64,000 nt of DNA from an uncultured delta proteobacterium. Its GTDB lineage: Bacteria; Desulfobacterota; Binatia; UBA9968. Shown here piece after piece: positions 20,006 to 30,970 of this stretch. Each line of letters starts with the position of its first letter. Positions within the stretch are counted from its first letter, which is position 1. The stretch is from the NCBI GenBank assembly GCA_963745035.1, contig CAVUVW010000006.1:24006-88005 (forward strand), in the 5' to 3' direction. Position numbers and translations under genes: made by a program. The notes beneath the pieces are model-generated. The model was not told the DNA's origin. It searched no databases and worked only from the letters and a program-made list of their open reading frames with translations.

Positions 20006-20158
20006 GACGCGCCCTCATTCAGTGGCATCGACGAGCTGAAAAAATCATGGGCGCGGCATTTCAAACCAGTTTTTTCATTTTTCCCCGCACGTCAGGAGCG
20101 TCCCGACTTGACGCGGATTCGGCGACCGGCGTATTTTCGGAGCAATGGGAGGTGATCC

Positions 20159-21130
20159 ATGGCGGTTCAAGACAAGTCTATTTTGCATCTCGCGACTCAC
20201 TCCGGTTGGTACCGATTCGAAAGACAGGGCGAGGACTGGGTACAAGCGGACCGCGCGCTGACCTTTTGGCAGATGAGCTGCATCCAGGTCGACCCGGACA
20301 ATCCCCGGCGTGTGTATATCGGCACCGAGCACTCCGGCATGTTTGTTAGCGATAACGGCGGAAAAGAATGGCTGCGCGCCAATCCCAACGTCCCTTGTTT
20401 GACCATGTCGTCGATGCTGGCGTTGCCTGGGAAACTCTTGGTCGGCACCATGCCCGCCGCCTTGTATTTCAAACCCAGCGATGCCCCCTGGCAGGAACTC
20501 AAAGGCGTGCGTCAGGGAGCCGCGGGTGGAGTGTTCCCGCCCAATCCCGACTTTCCCGCCCGCACGCGGGTGCTTGCCCAAGAGAAAAACGGTGGTCGCC
20601 GGCTATTTGCCGGCATCGAGGTGGCGGGTATCCTCGTGAGCGATGATGACGGTCAGAGCTGGAACAGCGCCAACGATGGGCTCACCGATCCGGACATCCA
20701 TCAAATCTTGCCGTCGAAGAAAGTTTCAGGTTTGGTAGTGACCGCCTGCGGCGAAGGCGTCTCGCGCAGCACCGATCACGGCGATCACTGGGAAAAAGTC
20801 ACGCCGGCAGGCAATCGCAGCTACGGCAATGCGCTCGCCGAGGACGAGAAAGGCAATATTTATCTCGGCATCACTCAGGACCGGCCGCGCACGTGGACTC
20901 GGGCGGGACGGGCGAATACGGCGATCTTCAAATCCACCGACGGAGCCGACTGGCAACTGCTTACGGAGAAAATGTCCGGCGGCGTTATGGATGTTTGTTC
21001 CGCGCCGGACGGCGACGGCGTGTTCGCCGCGACGGCGGATGGCGAAGTCGTCGCCGTGACCTCAACGGGCAAAGCGCGCACGCTTATCGATGGCTTGCCA
21101 TGCATTACGGCGATGGCGCTCGGGGTGTGA
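20159..21130 (+). CDS. BNR/Asp-box beta-propeller protein
   Basis: Repeated S.D.G..W motifs. Confidence 0.8.
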   Translation: MAVQDKSILHLATHSGWYRFERQGEDWVQADRALTFWQMSCIQVDPDNPRRVYIGTEHSGMFVSDNGGKEWLRANPNVPCLTMSSMLALPGKLLVGTMPAALYFKPSDAPWQELKGVRQGAAGGVFPPNPDFPARTRVLAQEKNGGRRLFAGIEVAGILVSDDDGQSWNSANDGLTDPDIHQILPSKKVSGLVVTACGEGVSRSTDHGDHWEKVTPAGNRSYGNALAEDEKGNIYLGITQDRPRTWTRAGRANTAIFKSTDGADWQLLTEKMSGGVMDVCSAPDGDGVFAATADGEVVAVTSTGKARTLIDGLPCITAMALGV

Positions 21131-21136
21131 AACGTC

Positions 21137-21253
21137 TCGAGTTCCGGGTTTCGTGTTTCGGGTTCGGAATTGAACGATGAAGGTGGCAGTACACTAAATC
21201 CGTATCCGAATTCGGCCTCAGCAGCTCGAAACTGTAACTCGGAACCCGAAACT
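21137..21253. repeat. 7-nt-period inverted repeat tract
   Basis: TTCGTGT/TTCGGGT arms paired with CGAAAC/GGAACC arms; related copy at 63499-63564. Confidence 0.65.
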
Positions 21254-21262
21254 GCCGATCCG

Positions 21263-21742
21263 CTAGTCACCCGGCAAGCGCTGGTACTTTCCCTTGAAGA
21301 AGAGCAGCGGCCGCTCGCCGGTCGCAGCGACATTGATGATCTCGCCGACGACGATCGAATGATCGCCGCCGTCGTGACATTGGGTGATCTTGCACTCGAC
21401 GTAGCCGAGCGCGCCGTCGATGATCGCGGCGCCGTTGCTGCCTGGATGCCACCGCAGGTCGGCGAATTTGTCGGCGCCTTTGGTCGCAAACCGGCGCGAG
21501 ATCTCTTCTTGGTTCTCGCTCAAGAAATTGACCGTAAAACCGTTCTTCGCCTCGAAGCACGAATAGCACGTCGCGCCTTTGTCGACACTGATGACCACCA
21601 GCGGCGGGTTCAGTGACAGAGACATGAAAGCATTGGCCGTGAGTCCGTTGGGCGCACCGTCTTTGTCTTGCGTCGTGATCACGGTAACGCCCGTGGCAAA
21701 ATGTCCCATCACGCGGCGCAGTTCCTGTGGCTCGATCGGCAT
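21263..21742 (-). CDS. Flavin reductase family protein
   Basis: LRRVMGHFATGVTVIT, SLSLNPPLV and GGDHSIVVG motifs. Confidence 0.93.
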   Translation of the reverse strand: MPIEPQELRRVMGHFATGVTVITTQDKDGAPNGLTANAFMSLSLNPPLVVISVDKGATCYSCFEAKNGFTVNFLSENQEEISRRFATKGADKFADLRWHPGSNGAAIIDGALGYVECKITQCHDGGDHSIVVGEIINVAATGERPLLFFKGKYQRLPGD

Positions 21743-21862
21743 GTTCTCTCTCGCGTACGAAATTTTCTTAAACAGGTAGCAGACGCGCGCCGACGCTGTC
21801 AATCCAGGTGGACTAACGCGGCGGGAAAATGGTAAAAACGAGGCTGCCGAACGGAGGTTCTC

Positions 21863-22418
21863 ATGGCTGTACAAGAACGCAAAGCGGAGAATACGCTTGA
21901 CCGCTACATCGCGGAAGTGCGGGCGGCCTGGGGGGACGGTAAAGATCCGCAATTGCCGTTCAAAGTCGCGGCGCTCATGGAAAAGCTTTTCGCGTCGACG
22001 AGTCCGGACGATCCCTGGATGGCCGAGTTGATTCGCGACGGCAAGTCCGTCCCGCGAGCTGTATCGCGATCCGGATCTCGGCTTCATCCAGATGGGCCAT
22101 ATCCACAAACAGGGCCACGGCAACAAACCCCACGATCATGGTCCCTGCTGGGTGGTCTACGGTTCCTTCAAGGGCATCACGGAAATCACCAAATACAAAC
22201 GGACGGACGATCACTCTCAGGAAGGCGTAGCCAAACTCGAACCCGAGCGCCTCGACAAACTGACCCCGGGCGTAGTTGTGCCCTACCTGCCGGGCGACAT
22301 TCATTCTACCAACGCGGTCGAAGGGCCGGGTGTCGTTTTTCGCTTCTTGAGCTACGATCTCGATAAGATCGATCGCTATCGCTATAATCTGGAAAAACAA
22401 ACGATCACAAAAGTCTAA
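21863..22418 (+). CDS. Cysteine-dioxygenase-like cupin (frameshift near 22050)
   Basis: PHDHGPCWVVYG and PGDIHS motifs. Confidence 0.65.
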
Positions 22419-22456
22419 ATCATCGCCTGTACTTTGTCTTTCCGCATCATGGGGTT

Positions 22457-23173
22457 TTGATGGGCAGTGACGAAATCTTTTTCGAGCAGATTCGCTCCGC
22501 CGGTTGTTTATCTTACATTCTCGGCTGCGCGGCAGAAAAAGTTTGCATCGTCATCGATCCCGAGCTCGACAAAGCCGACGATTACATCGGCCTCGCCGAA
22601 TTCTTGAAGGCAAAAATCCTTTACGCGGTCGATACCCATACCCACGCGGATCACAATTCAGCCTGCAAAGTCATGCGCGAGCGCTTCGGCATCAAAGTGA
22701 TCATGCATCGCGCCACCGATGCGCCCTACGTCGATATTCACATCGAAGAAGGACAGGAAATCCGCTTCGGCCGGCAGGCTCTGCAAGTCATCCACACACC
22801 CGGTCACACGCAAGATGCCATGTGCCTACTGTTCAAGGATCGCATTTTCACCGGCGATACGCTTTTGATCGGCGGCTGCGGCCGCACCGACTTGCCGGGC
22901 GGCAACGCCGAAGCGCAATACCAAAGCTTGTCGAAGCTCAAAGCGCTTCCCGACGACATCCGCGTGTATCCGGGACATGATTATCGTGAAGCCGTCTCCT
23001 CTCTCGGCGACGAGAAGCAGAAGAACGCCCGCATGTTGATTCCGACTCAGGATGAGTTTGTGCACTTCATGACCTCGCGCCACCCTCCCCTGCCGCGGAA
23101 AATTCAGGAAGCCCTCGAATGGAACCGTACGCCGATCCAGGGGACGCAGAGAGGGATGGGCGAAGGGATCTGA
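22457..23173 (+). CDS. MBL-fold hydrolase (ETHE1/glyoxalase II-like)
   Basis: DTHTHADH, HTPGHT, FTGDTLLIGGCGRTD and YPGHDY motifs. Confidence 0.9.
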   Translation: MMGSDEIFFEQIRSAGCLSYILGCAAEKVCIVIDPELDKADDYIGLAEFLKAKILYAVDTHTHADHNSACKVMRERFGIKVIMHRATDAPYVDIHIEEGQEIRFGRQALQVIHTPGHTQDAMCLLFKDRIFTGDTLLIGGCGRTDLPGGNAEAQYQSLSKLKALPDDIRVYPGHDYREAVSSLGDEKQKNARMLIPTQDEFVHFMTSRHPPLPRKIQEALEWNRTPIQGTQRGMGEGI

Positions 23174-23216
23174 ACTTGCCTTGCCCGATATCGGAATTCA
23201 AGCTAACTTCCTAGTT

Positions 23217-23442
23217 ATGTTGGATTGGTCTTTCCTGCAGCGCTGTTGAGCGGAACCCGAACAAGGTCGGCGGCGAATGGACGTTTTGGGGCACACGGGT
23301 GCCGGTGAAGGCGCTCTTCGAAAATCTGGAAAGCGGCGCGCGTATCGATGACTTTATCGTTTGGTTCCCCGGGGTTTCACGCGCTCAAGTGGAAGCTGTA
23401 CTAGAGCACGCCCAACAAAGTCTGCAGATTGACGCGCGCTGA
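23217..23442 (+). CDS. DUF433 antitoxin (frameshift near start)
   Basis: GTRVPVKALFENLESGA.IDDF..WFPGV motif. Confidence 0.8.
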
Positions 23443-23447
23443 GAGCC

Positions 23448-23743
23448 ATGCGCGTCCTCTTCGACCAAGGCACTCCCGTTACCTTGCGTCGATACCTGCC
23501 TATGAAAAAGGTTGGAGTACGCTTGCGAACGGCGAACTGTTGCTCGCCGCTGAACAAGAAGAATTCGAGATTCTGGTGACGACCGACCAGAATCTCAAAC
23601 ATCAGCAAAACCTGGCGAACCATCGGCTCGCTATCGTGGTTCTAACCACGACCAGTTGGCCGATCATCCAACTGCATCTCAGCGATGTTTCCGCCGCTAT
23701 CGATAAGGCAATGCCGGGATGCGTGGTGGAAGTAGATTTCTGA
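23448..23743 (+). pseudogene. PIN-like (DUF5615) toxin with frameshift or internal deletion
   Basis: Two frames give MRVLFDQGTP and GWSTLANGELL..AE..FEILVTTDQNL.HQQNL. Confidence 0.7.
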
Positions 23744-23770
23744 AAACCCTTTTGTTTGCTTCATACATCG

Positions 23771-25624
23771 ATGAACTCATCCGCTGACTCGATCACCGCT
23801 GGAATACTCAGCACCGTGCGGCGCTATTGGGGCTATAACGAACTGCGTCCCTTGCAGGAAGAAGCGATCAAAGCGGGGCTGCAGCATCGGGACTCGCTGG
23901 TGGTCATGCCGACCGGCGGCGGCAAGTCGCTTTGCTATCAGGTCCCGGCGGTATTAGCGCAACGCACCGACATCGTCGTATCGCCGCTGATCGCGCTGAT
24001 GAAAGACCAGGTCGACGGCCTACGCGAATGCGGTTATCCGGCGGCCGCGATTTATGGCGGCATGCCGCCGCATTTGCTGCACGAGACCGAAGAACAGTTC
24101 GCCGCGGGCCGCTATCGTCTGCTCTTCGTCGCTCCGGAGCGCTTGCTTACGCCGCGTTTTTTGCAACTCGCCGACCGCGCGAGCATACGAGCGTTTGCGA
24201 TCGACGAAGCTCACTGCATCAGCCACTGGGGGCACGACTTTCGCCCGGAGTACCGCCAGCTCGCCCAACTCAAGCAACGCTTCCCCAACGCCAGTCTGCA
24301 CGCCTACACGGCAACGGCCACCGAGCGCGTGCGCGCAGATATTGCGGCGCAGCTTCGGCTCAAGAGTCCGATCATTCTCGTCGGCACCTTCGACCGCCCG
24401 AACCTCATCTATCGGATCGTTCCCCGCGCCGACGCACGAGCACAGACTCTGGAAATCCTACGCCGCCACAAAAACCAAGCCGCGATCGTTTATTGCATTA
24501 GCCGCAAGGACACCGAATCGATGGCGAGTTTTCTGCAGGCGAGCGGTTTGCGCGCAGCCTTCTATCACGCCGGCATGGAGGCCGATGAGCGCCGCCGGAT
24601 GCAAGACGATTTTGCCGCGGAGGCCATCGACGTGGTCGCGGCCACCGTCGCCTTCGGGATGGGCATCGATCGCAGCGATGTGCGCTGCGTCATCCATGCC
24701 GCCATGCCGAAGTCCATCGAGCATTACCAACAGGAGACCGGCCGCGCCGGTCGCGACGGCCTGGAAGCGGAGTGCGCGCTGCTGTATTCCGCGGCCGACG
24801 TGATGCGCTGGGAATCGCTCATCGAGAAAAGCGCGGCCGATGCCCAGGAGCCCACGGACGTGATCGCCGCGTCGCGCGCACTGTTGGAGCAAATACGCCG
24901 CTTCTGCGGAAGCATCAACTGCCGGCACAAACAATTATCCGAATACTTCGGCCAAACCTACGCGAAACCGAATTGCGAAGCTTGCGATGCTTGTCTGAAC
25001 GAAGTCGAAGGGCTGGAGGACAGCACGGTCACCGCGCAGAAAATTCTCTCCTGCGTCGCCCGCGCGGGCGAGCGCTTCGGGGCCGAGCACATCGTCGACG
25101 TTCTGCTCGGCGCCAATACCGAACGAATACGACGTTGGGGCCACGAGCAGCTCAGCACGTATGCTTTGATGAAGGGCACGCCCCGCCCGGCGCTCACCAA
25201 CATGCTCTATCAGCTCATCGACAACGGCCTGTTGGAGCGCACCGCGGACGAACGGCCGGTGCTGCGGCTGAACGACTCCTCGCGTGACGTGCTGCGCGGC
25301 AATCGCGCCGTGCAACTGCTTCAGCCAAAAACGAAAATCAAGAAAACCCGAGTCGCGGAAGAATCGTGGAAAGAGGTCGACTCGGGCCTTTTCGAGCGCC
25401 TGCGGAATCTTCGCCGCAAGCTCGCCACGGAACGCGGCGTGCCCGCCTACGTGTTGTTCAACGATGCCACCCTGCGCGACATGGCTCGCGTCAGACCCGG
25501 CTCGCCCGATTCTCTCCTCGGCATCCACGGCGTCGGCGAGCGCAAGCTGGCTGATCTCGGCGAACGCTTTCTGGAAGCGATATCGGCTTACTGTCGCGAA
25601 AATCGGCTGCCACTGGATGTGTAG
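23771..25624 (+). CDS. recQ: ATP-dependent DNA helicase RecQ
   Basis: MPTGGGKSLCYQ, DEAHCISHWGHDFRPEY, QETGRAGRDG, Zn-binding cysteines and a C-terminal HRDC domain. Confidence 0.97.
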   Translation: MNSSADSITAGILSTVRRYWGYNELRPLQEEAIKAGLQHRDSLVVMPTGGGKSLCYQVPAVLAQRTDIVVSPLIALMKDQVDGLRECGYPAAAIYGGMPPHLLHETEEQFAAGRYRLLFVAPERLLTPRFLQLADRASIRAFAIDEAHCISHWGHDFRPEYRQLAQLKQRFPNASLHAYTATATERVRADIAAQLRLKSPIILVGTFDRPNLIYRIVPRADARAQTLEILRRHKNQAAIVYCISRKDTESMASFLQASGLRAAFYHAGMEADERRRMQDDFAAEAIDVVAATVAFGMGIDRSDVRCVIHAAMPKSIEHYQQETGRAGRDGLEAECALLYSAADVMRWESLIEKSAADAQEPTDVIAASRALLEQIRRFCGSINCRHKQLSEYFGQTYAKPNCEACDACLNEVEGLEDSTVTAQKILSCVARAGERFGAEHIVDVLLGANTERIRRWGHEQLSTYALMKGTPRPALTNMLYQLIDNGLLERTADERPVLRLNDSSRDVLRGNRAVQLLQPKTKIKKTRVAEESWKEVDSGLFERLRNLRRKLATERGVPAYVLFNDATLRDMARVRPGSPDSLLGIHGVGERKLADLGERFLEAISAYCRENRLPLDV

Positions 25625-26073
25625 GCCGGGGAGAACCGGTTGAAATTTACCGCCTGATCGAACTCGCTCGCGCGCGCCTGCCGCCGATCACCTGGATCTT
25701 GTTGCCCGCGACGGCAACGGCCACCTCGCTGATCTCCATGGGCATGGAGCCTTTCGAACCAACTCCCGCGCATGGATAGAGTCTCGACACGATTGCCAAC
25801 GCGTGCCCGTCGAGCAAGGACGAGCAGCACGATCGCAAGAGAATATACGCGATCCCCCGCCGGCAAGTTGCCATGATCGCCTCCGCAACTTACTCCTGTC
25901 CGCTCTACGTGAAGCATCGTCGGACTATCTCGCAAGCGACGAATTACTATCAAGGAATGGCGAGCAGATGCACTTCGCTATGCGAGCTGCGTTACATGCG
26001 GGTGACGATCGGTGCGCAAGCGCACCTTACGAGAAACGTCGCGCGCGTCGCTATATGGAAGTCTAGAGAACCA

Positions 26074-28907
26074 TCAGCTTTTGTCAGTCTTGAGATAGTA
26101 CGCTTCCGGCGCTGGCTTGTACGATCGCGGCAGCCACAAGGGGCGGCGCAGGTTGTCCGGGCCGGGCGCCGGGCGGGTTTTGAGCAGCCAGCGTTTGTAT
26201 ACTTCGTGCGCTTTGCCGGTGTCGACGAACACGTCGCCGTATTTATCCTCCGGCCCGGGCTTGGTGATGCGAACTTTTTGATGCCAGCAATGCTGGCCGC
26301 TGATGTAGTCCGGTTGCACGGGAAACGTAAGATTCTGATGAACGCCGCCGTCCTCCCAGAAAATTCTTTTGGAGTCGGGATCGTCGCTCTTGAACGGCTT
26401 GATGCCGTGGATGGTACGCATCAGCCACTTACCTTGGCTAATCTGTTTCAGATCGACGAGCGCGGTCGACCAGCGCTCGCCGCCTTGATCTTCGGCCAAA
26501 CGCCAGCGGCCGAGGTGATGCGAGCAGGCGATCACGCCGGGCTTGATTCCTTCGGTGACCCACACCTTGTCGATGAAGTAGCCGATCTCGGTGTTGACCT
26601 TCAGCAGATCGCCGGTCTTCACGTCGAAATTCTGCGCGTCCTTGGAATTCAGCCACAGCGGGTTGCGATGAGAAATCTCGTACAGCCACTTGGCATTGCC
26701 GGACCGAGTGTGGATCAACGTCGGTAGACGAAAGGTCGGCAGCAAGAGCATCTCCCCCGCCGCGAGATCGATCTCGTCAGGGTGGACGTGGCTCTTGATG
26801 TAGCCGGGGATCGCATGCTCCGGCCACTTCCAGTCCTTCAACGTGCGGGAGAAAAATTCGAGCTTGCGCGACGGCGTGGGAAAACCGACGCACGCCCGGC
26901 CGTCGATCTCGACGCCCAACGCAGCGCCGTTTTTTGAAATGATGTTGTTTGCAGGGTCCGTGTCGGCGCCGGCGAGATCCGCCGACTTGACCGCGGTTTC
27001 GTGAACTTTGTAGACACCGTCCTCGATCAGAAACGCGCCGTACTTGCGCATATACTCGAGCGGCTTGAGACCTTCCTTGGCCGCGGCTTCCGGCAATCCC
27101 GGCACGCTGTTTTCGAAGATCCAGCGATAGTAGTCGTCCACGGTCATCTTCTTGCCGGGCTCGTAGGGCGATTCGAAATGTTTGCGAATCCCCAGCGAGC
27201 CGTCGGGATCGACGCGCCAGGATAGCTCGATCCAGAACTCGTCCTCTTCCCAGACCTGGCCGATGCCCGCGGCTTCGTGCGCTTCGTAGGTCGTGTTGAA
27301 TTTCTTTCCCTGCTTTTCCAGAGCGACGCGCAAGATCGGCTGGCGAAAGCCGATCCAACGCGCCGCTTGGGTTTCCTGGCTCATCAGATCGTGGCGCTCC
27401 GAGCCGTGGCCCATGGGCAAGACGTAGTCGGCAAACCAAGCGGTTTCGCTCCAGGTCGGCGTGAGGCACGCGTGGCGCTCGACTTTGCTCTCGTCGGAAA
27501 GCATTTCGATCCAGCTCATGCCGTCGGGATTGGTCCACACCGGGTTGTAGACGCGGGTAAAATACATCGCCAGCTTGCCGCGTCCCTCCTTCAAGAAATG
27601 CGGCAGCAAGAAAACTCATTTCGAAAAACGCCAGCGGATACTCCGGCGGTATGAGCAGTTCGTTCCAGACTTTGGCCGGCGGCGGCATCAGCGGCGGCGC
27701 GGGAATGTACTTGTTCGCAGCGTTGGGCGCGGTGCCGCCGACAGTTCCTACGGCGCCGACCAGCACAACGAGAAACTGCAGCGCCCGCGCCACTTGCCAG
27801 CCGCCCAAATTTCCCGCCGCCGTATTGCGCCACACATGCGAGGAAAACGCCGAGCCCGCCTTGGCGATCTCACGCGCCACCTCGACGATCACTTTCGGGT
27901 CGATGCCGGCCTCTTTGGCGGCAAACTCCGGCGTGTATCGTGCATAGGTGTTTTTCAGCACACGCGACAAACGACTGAAACGTCTGCGGTTCATCGGGAT
28001 GCTGCTCGCGCAGAAACTCTTCCCAGTTGACCCACTGGCGCACGAACTGCCGGTCGAAAAGATCCTCCTGCAGAAGAACGTTGCACATGGCCAAGAGAAT
28101 CGCCGCTTCACTGCCCGGCCACGAGGAGATCCAGTAGTCGGCTTTCGACGCGGTGTTAGAAAGGCGGGTGTCGATCACGCAGATTTTCGCGCCGCGCTCT
28201 TTGCCCTCGATGATTCTTTGCGCGTGCGGGTTGAAGTAGTGGCCGCTTTCCAGGTGCGAGCTCAGCAGCAGAATAAACCGCGCGTTCGCATGATCCGGCG
28301 ACGGCCGGTCGATGCCGGACCAAAAAGCGTAGCCGGCGCGCGCCCCGGCAGAGCAGACATTAGTGTGGCTGTTATGGCCGTCGATGCCCCACGAATGAAG
28401 AATTCTCTGATGATAGAGCAGCTCATGTCCGGGGCGGCCGACGTGGTACATGATCTCATTGCGGCGGTCTTCCTGAAGCGCCTTGCGCACGCGTCCGGCG
28501 ATATCGTCGAGCACTTCGTCCCAGGAAACTCTTTCCCACTTTCCCTCGCCGCGCTTGCCGGCGCGCTTGAGCGGATAGCGAATACGCTCGGGATCGGTCA
28601 CCTGATTCAACGTCGCCGGTCCCTTGGCGCAGTTGCGGCCCCGGCTGCCGGGATGCTCGGGATTGCCTTCGAAGCGGCGGATGCGGTTGGTGTCTTTCTC
28701 GACGACTGCCACCAGGCCGCAGGCCGCCTCGCAGTTGAAGCAGATGGTCGGAATGATCCGGCAGTGCTTTTCGACTTTGCGCGGCCACTGCGCGGTATCG
28801 TACTCGACCCAGTCGTCCCACTTTTCCACGGGCGGATAGCTGGCGAGACCGCTGGGAGCGTCCAGTTTCATCGCGTCGGGATTTAACGGAACACGATTGT
28901 CGCTCAC
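26074..28907 (-). CDS. Molybdopterin oxidoreductase catalytic subunit (DMSO reductase superfamily), two frameshifts
   Basis: CFNCEAAC...NCAKG Fe-S motif, HTNVCS, ADYVLP and a C-terminal molydop-binding domain. Confidence 0.88.
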
Positions 28908-29007
28908 TGTTTTTGATCCTTCTTCATTACGTTTCAGCCTTCAATAGTCAGTTGCCAGATCGCGAAATCCTGGTTACTGATAACCGGCAACTGACCCCTG
29001 ACAACTG

Positions 29008-30549
29008 CTAGCTTAACGGAATCGCCTGGCCCGCCTTGATCCACAAATGCTCGTACATCCACAGGCCAAATAAGGAGAGCAGCGCAGCCGCCATGCCGGG
29101 AATCAGCGCGCTTGCTTGCCAGAAAATCAGACCCGCCGGGACCGCAACGCCCAAGCCGACGACGAGCAGCCAGAACGATTTGGCGAGCGGCCCGGTGAGA
29201 AGAAGCGCGCCAGCGCGAATCGATTCTTCCGAGCCATGCTTCATGAACAGCTCGCCGCAGACCATCGCCAAACCCGCGAGCAAGGATACAACGAGAATGT
29301 GAATGAGCCAGAAGAACATCTGCGGGCTCATGAACTGGTACGGCGTCACCAGCTCGAGCGAACCGATGAGAATCAGCACTGCCGCGCCGGCGCTGATCGC
29401 TTTCACCACCAGGTGCCAGAACAGCAGCGGGCTCTGCCAAAAATCGCGTCCCCGCGCTTGCGCGAAGAGAAACGCGGAATAGCCGGCCGAGGCGATGGCG
29501 AAAAACGCCGCCGGCCACATCACCCACGGCGAGACCATCCCCTCGCGATAGATCTGCGCGAGCCAGATCGCCAGCAGCAGGCCGAAGATCATCAGCACGT
29601 AGCCGCCTAACGTCAGCCAGGAATTCAAATTTGGTTTGGTTAGCAAGTAGAAAAAGCGCGTCGGCTTTTTGAGATCGAAGACGAGCAAGCCCATGGTCGC
29701 GCCAAGAAACAGGATCGAAACCAGCGGGCCGATGAAGCCGAGCAGGATCACGTCCTGCTCGAAGCCCATGTGGAGAAACAGCGCGGACAGGAGCAGCACT
29801 CCGGCCGAAATCGCCTTGGTCCATAGATAGAACGCGATCTTCTTGCCCCAGGGAATCATGTGCGGCACGTCGTAGACTTCCCGCGCCGCGCCGGGAATCG
29901 GGCGCGCCGGATCGATGCTCTTCAATGCGTAAAGATCCTCGCCGGGATCTTTCTCCGCCCAGAAATGACTCGATTGCGGCTCCATCATCGACGGGCTCAA
30001 CAGATCGCCTTCGACGCCGACGTAAAACAACTTCGGCTTGGTCCCCTTTTCGGCTTTGCGCACGCTGACTTTTTCCAGCGCGATGCGTTTGCTGACCGCG
30101 CTCTGCGGATCGTCGAGGTCGCCGGAAAGAATCGCCTGTGTCGGACAAACGACTTCGCAGGCGGGCTTGTAGCCCATATCGACGCGCGAGGCGTCGAAGT
30201 TGCACTTCGCCGCCGTGTTGCGGTCCGGATCGATATACAGCGCGTCGTACGGGCAAGCTTGCATGCACGACTTGCAGCCGATGCAGCGCTCGTTGTCGAA
30301 ATCAACGATGCCGTCATGGCGGCGGAACAAGGCGACTGTCGGACAAATCTCGATGCACGGCGCATCATCGCAGTGATTGCAGCGCAGCACCGCGAAATGG
30401 CGCCGCGTGTCGGGATAGGTTCCTTTCTCGACATACTTCACCCAGGTGCGATTCACGCCTAAAGCGATGTTGTGCTCTTCCTTGCAGGCCACCGTGCAGG
30501 CATGGCAACCGATGCAGCGGTTCTGATCGATCACGAAACCGTAGCGCAT
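29008..30549 (-). CDS. Fused 4Fe-4S (NrfC/PsrB-like) and NrfD/PsrC-like membrane subunit
   Basis: CIGCHACTVAC, CNHCDDAPC and CIGCKSCMQACPY motifs followed by a multi-TM domain with DLKKP.RF. Confidence 0.9.
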   Translation of the reverse strand: MRYGFVIDQNRCIGCHACTVACKEEHNIALGVNRTWVKYVEKGTYPDTRRHFAVLRCNHCDDAPCIEICPTVALFRRHDGIVDFDNERCIGCKSCMQACPYDALYIDPDRNTAAKCNFDASRVDMGYKPACEVVCPTQAILSGDLDDPQSAVSKRIALEKVSVRKAEKGTKPKLFYVGVEGDLLSPSMMEPQSSHFWAEKDPGEDLYALKSIDPARPIPGAAREVYDVPHMIPWGKKIAFYLWTKAISAGVLLLSALFLHMGFEQDVILLGFIGPLVSILFLGATMGLLVFDLKKPTRFFYLLTKPNLNSWLTLGGYVLMIFGLLLAIWLAQIYREGMVSPWVMWPAAFFAIASAGYSAFLFAQARGRDFWQSPLLFWHLVVKAISAGAAVLILIGSLELVTPYQFMSPQMFFWLIHILVVSLLAGLAMVCGELFMKHGSEESIRAGALLLTGPLAKSFWLLVVGLGVAVPAGLIFWQASALIPGMAAALLSLFGLWMYEHLWIKAGQAIPLS

Positions 30550-30753
30550 TCCAGACCTTTCTAATCAAGAAAGTTAACTATTAAGATTTAAAGTTTCGCT
30601 TGTGATAGCAGGAAAAATTACGCGGGGTCAATTCGATTGGAGAATTTTTACGCGATTAGCGGAAAGACATTTGACTACCGGGGAGTGATCCATGAGGTTG
30701 GCTCGCTTCAGAAATGATGAAAGGAAGTCCTACGGCAGGATTCTCTCCTCGCT

Positions 30754-30831
30754 CGTCATTCCCGCGTCCGCGGGAATCCAGGTTTGTTCTTTCCGAAATT
30801 AGCCTGGATACCCGCCTTCGCGGGTATGACG
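30754..30831. repeat. Palindromic REP/dRS3-like repeat
   Basis: ATTCCC-N8-GGGAAT with an inverted partner. Confidence 0.85.
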
Positions 30832-30970
30832 GAAAACCACGGTCACCCTGCGAGCTGCTACCATTCCGTATCCGTATTTTCGACAAAAGAGCACGAAGTA
30901 GCGGTCGAATGAACATCCCGACCCCAAATCTTTCATCTTCGCGCCTCGCGGTGAAAATAGGCGGATTGCC

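Noticed and set aside
25630-26000. Possible Kelch-repeat gene fragment (SEVAVAVAGNKIQVIGG)
   Set aside because: Too short and degraded to support a call.
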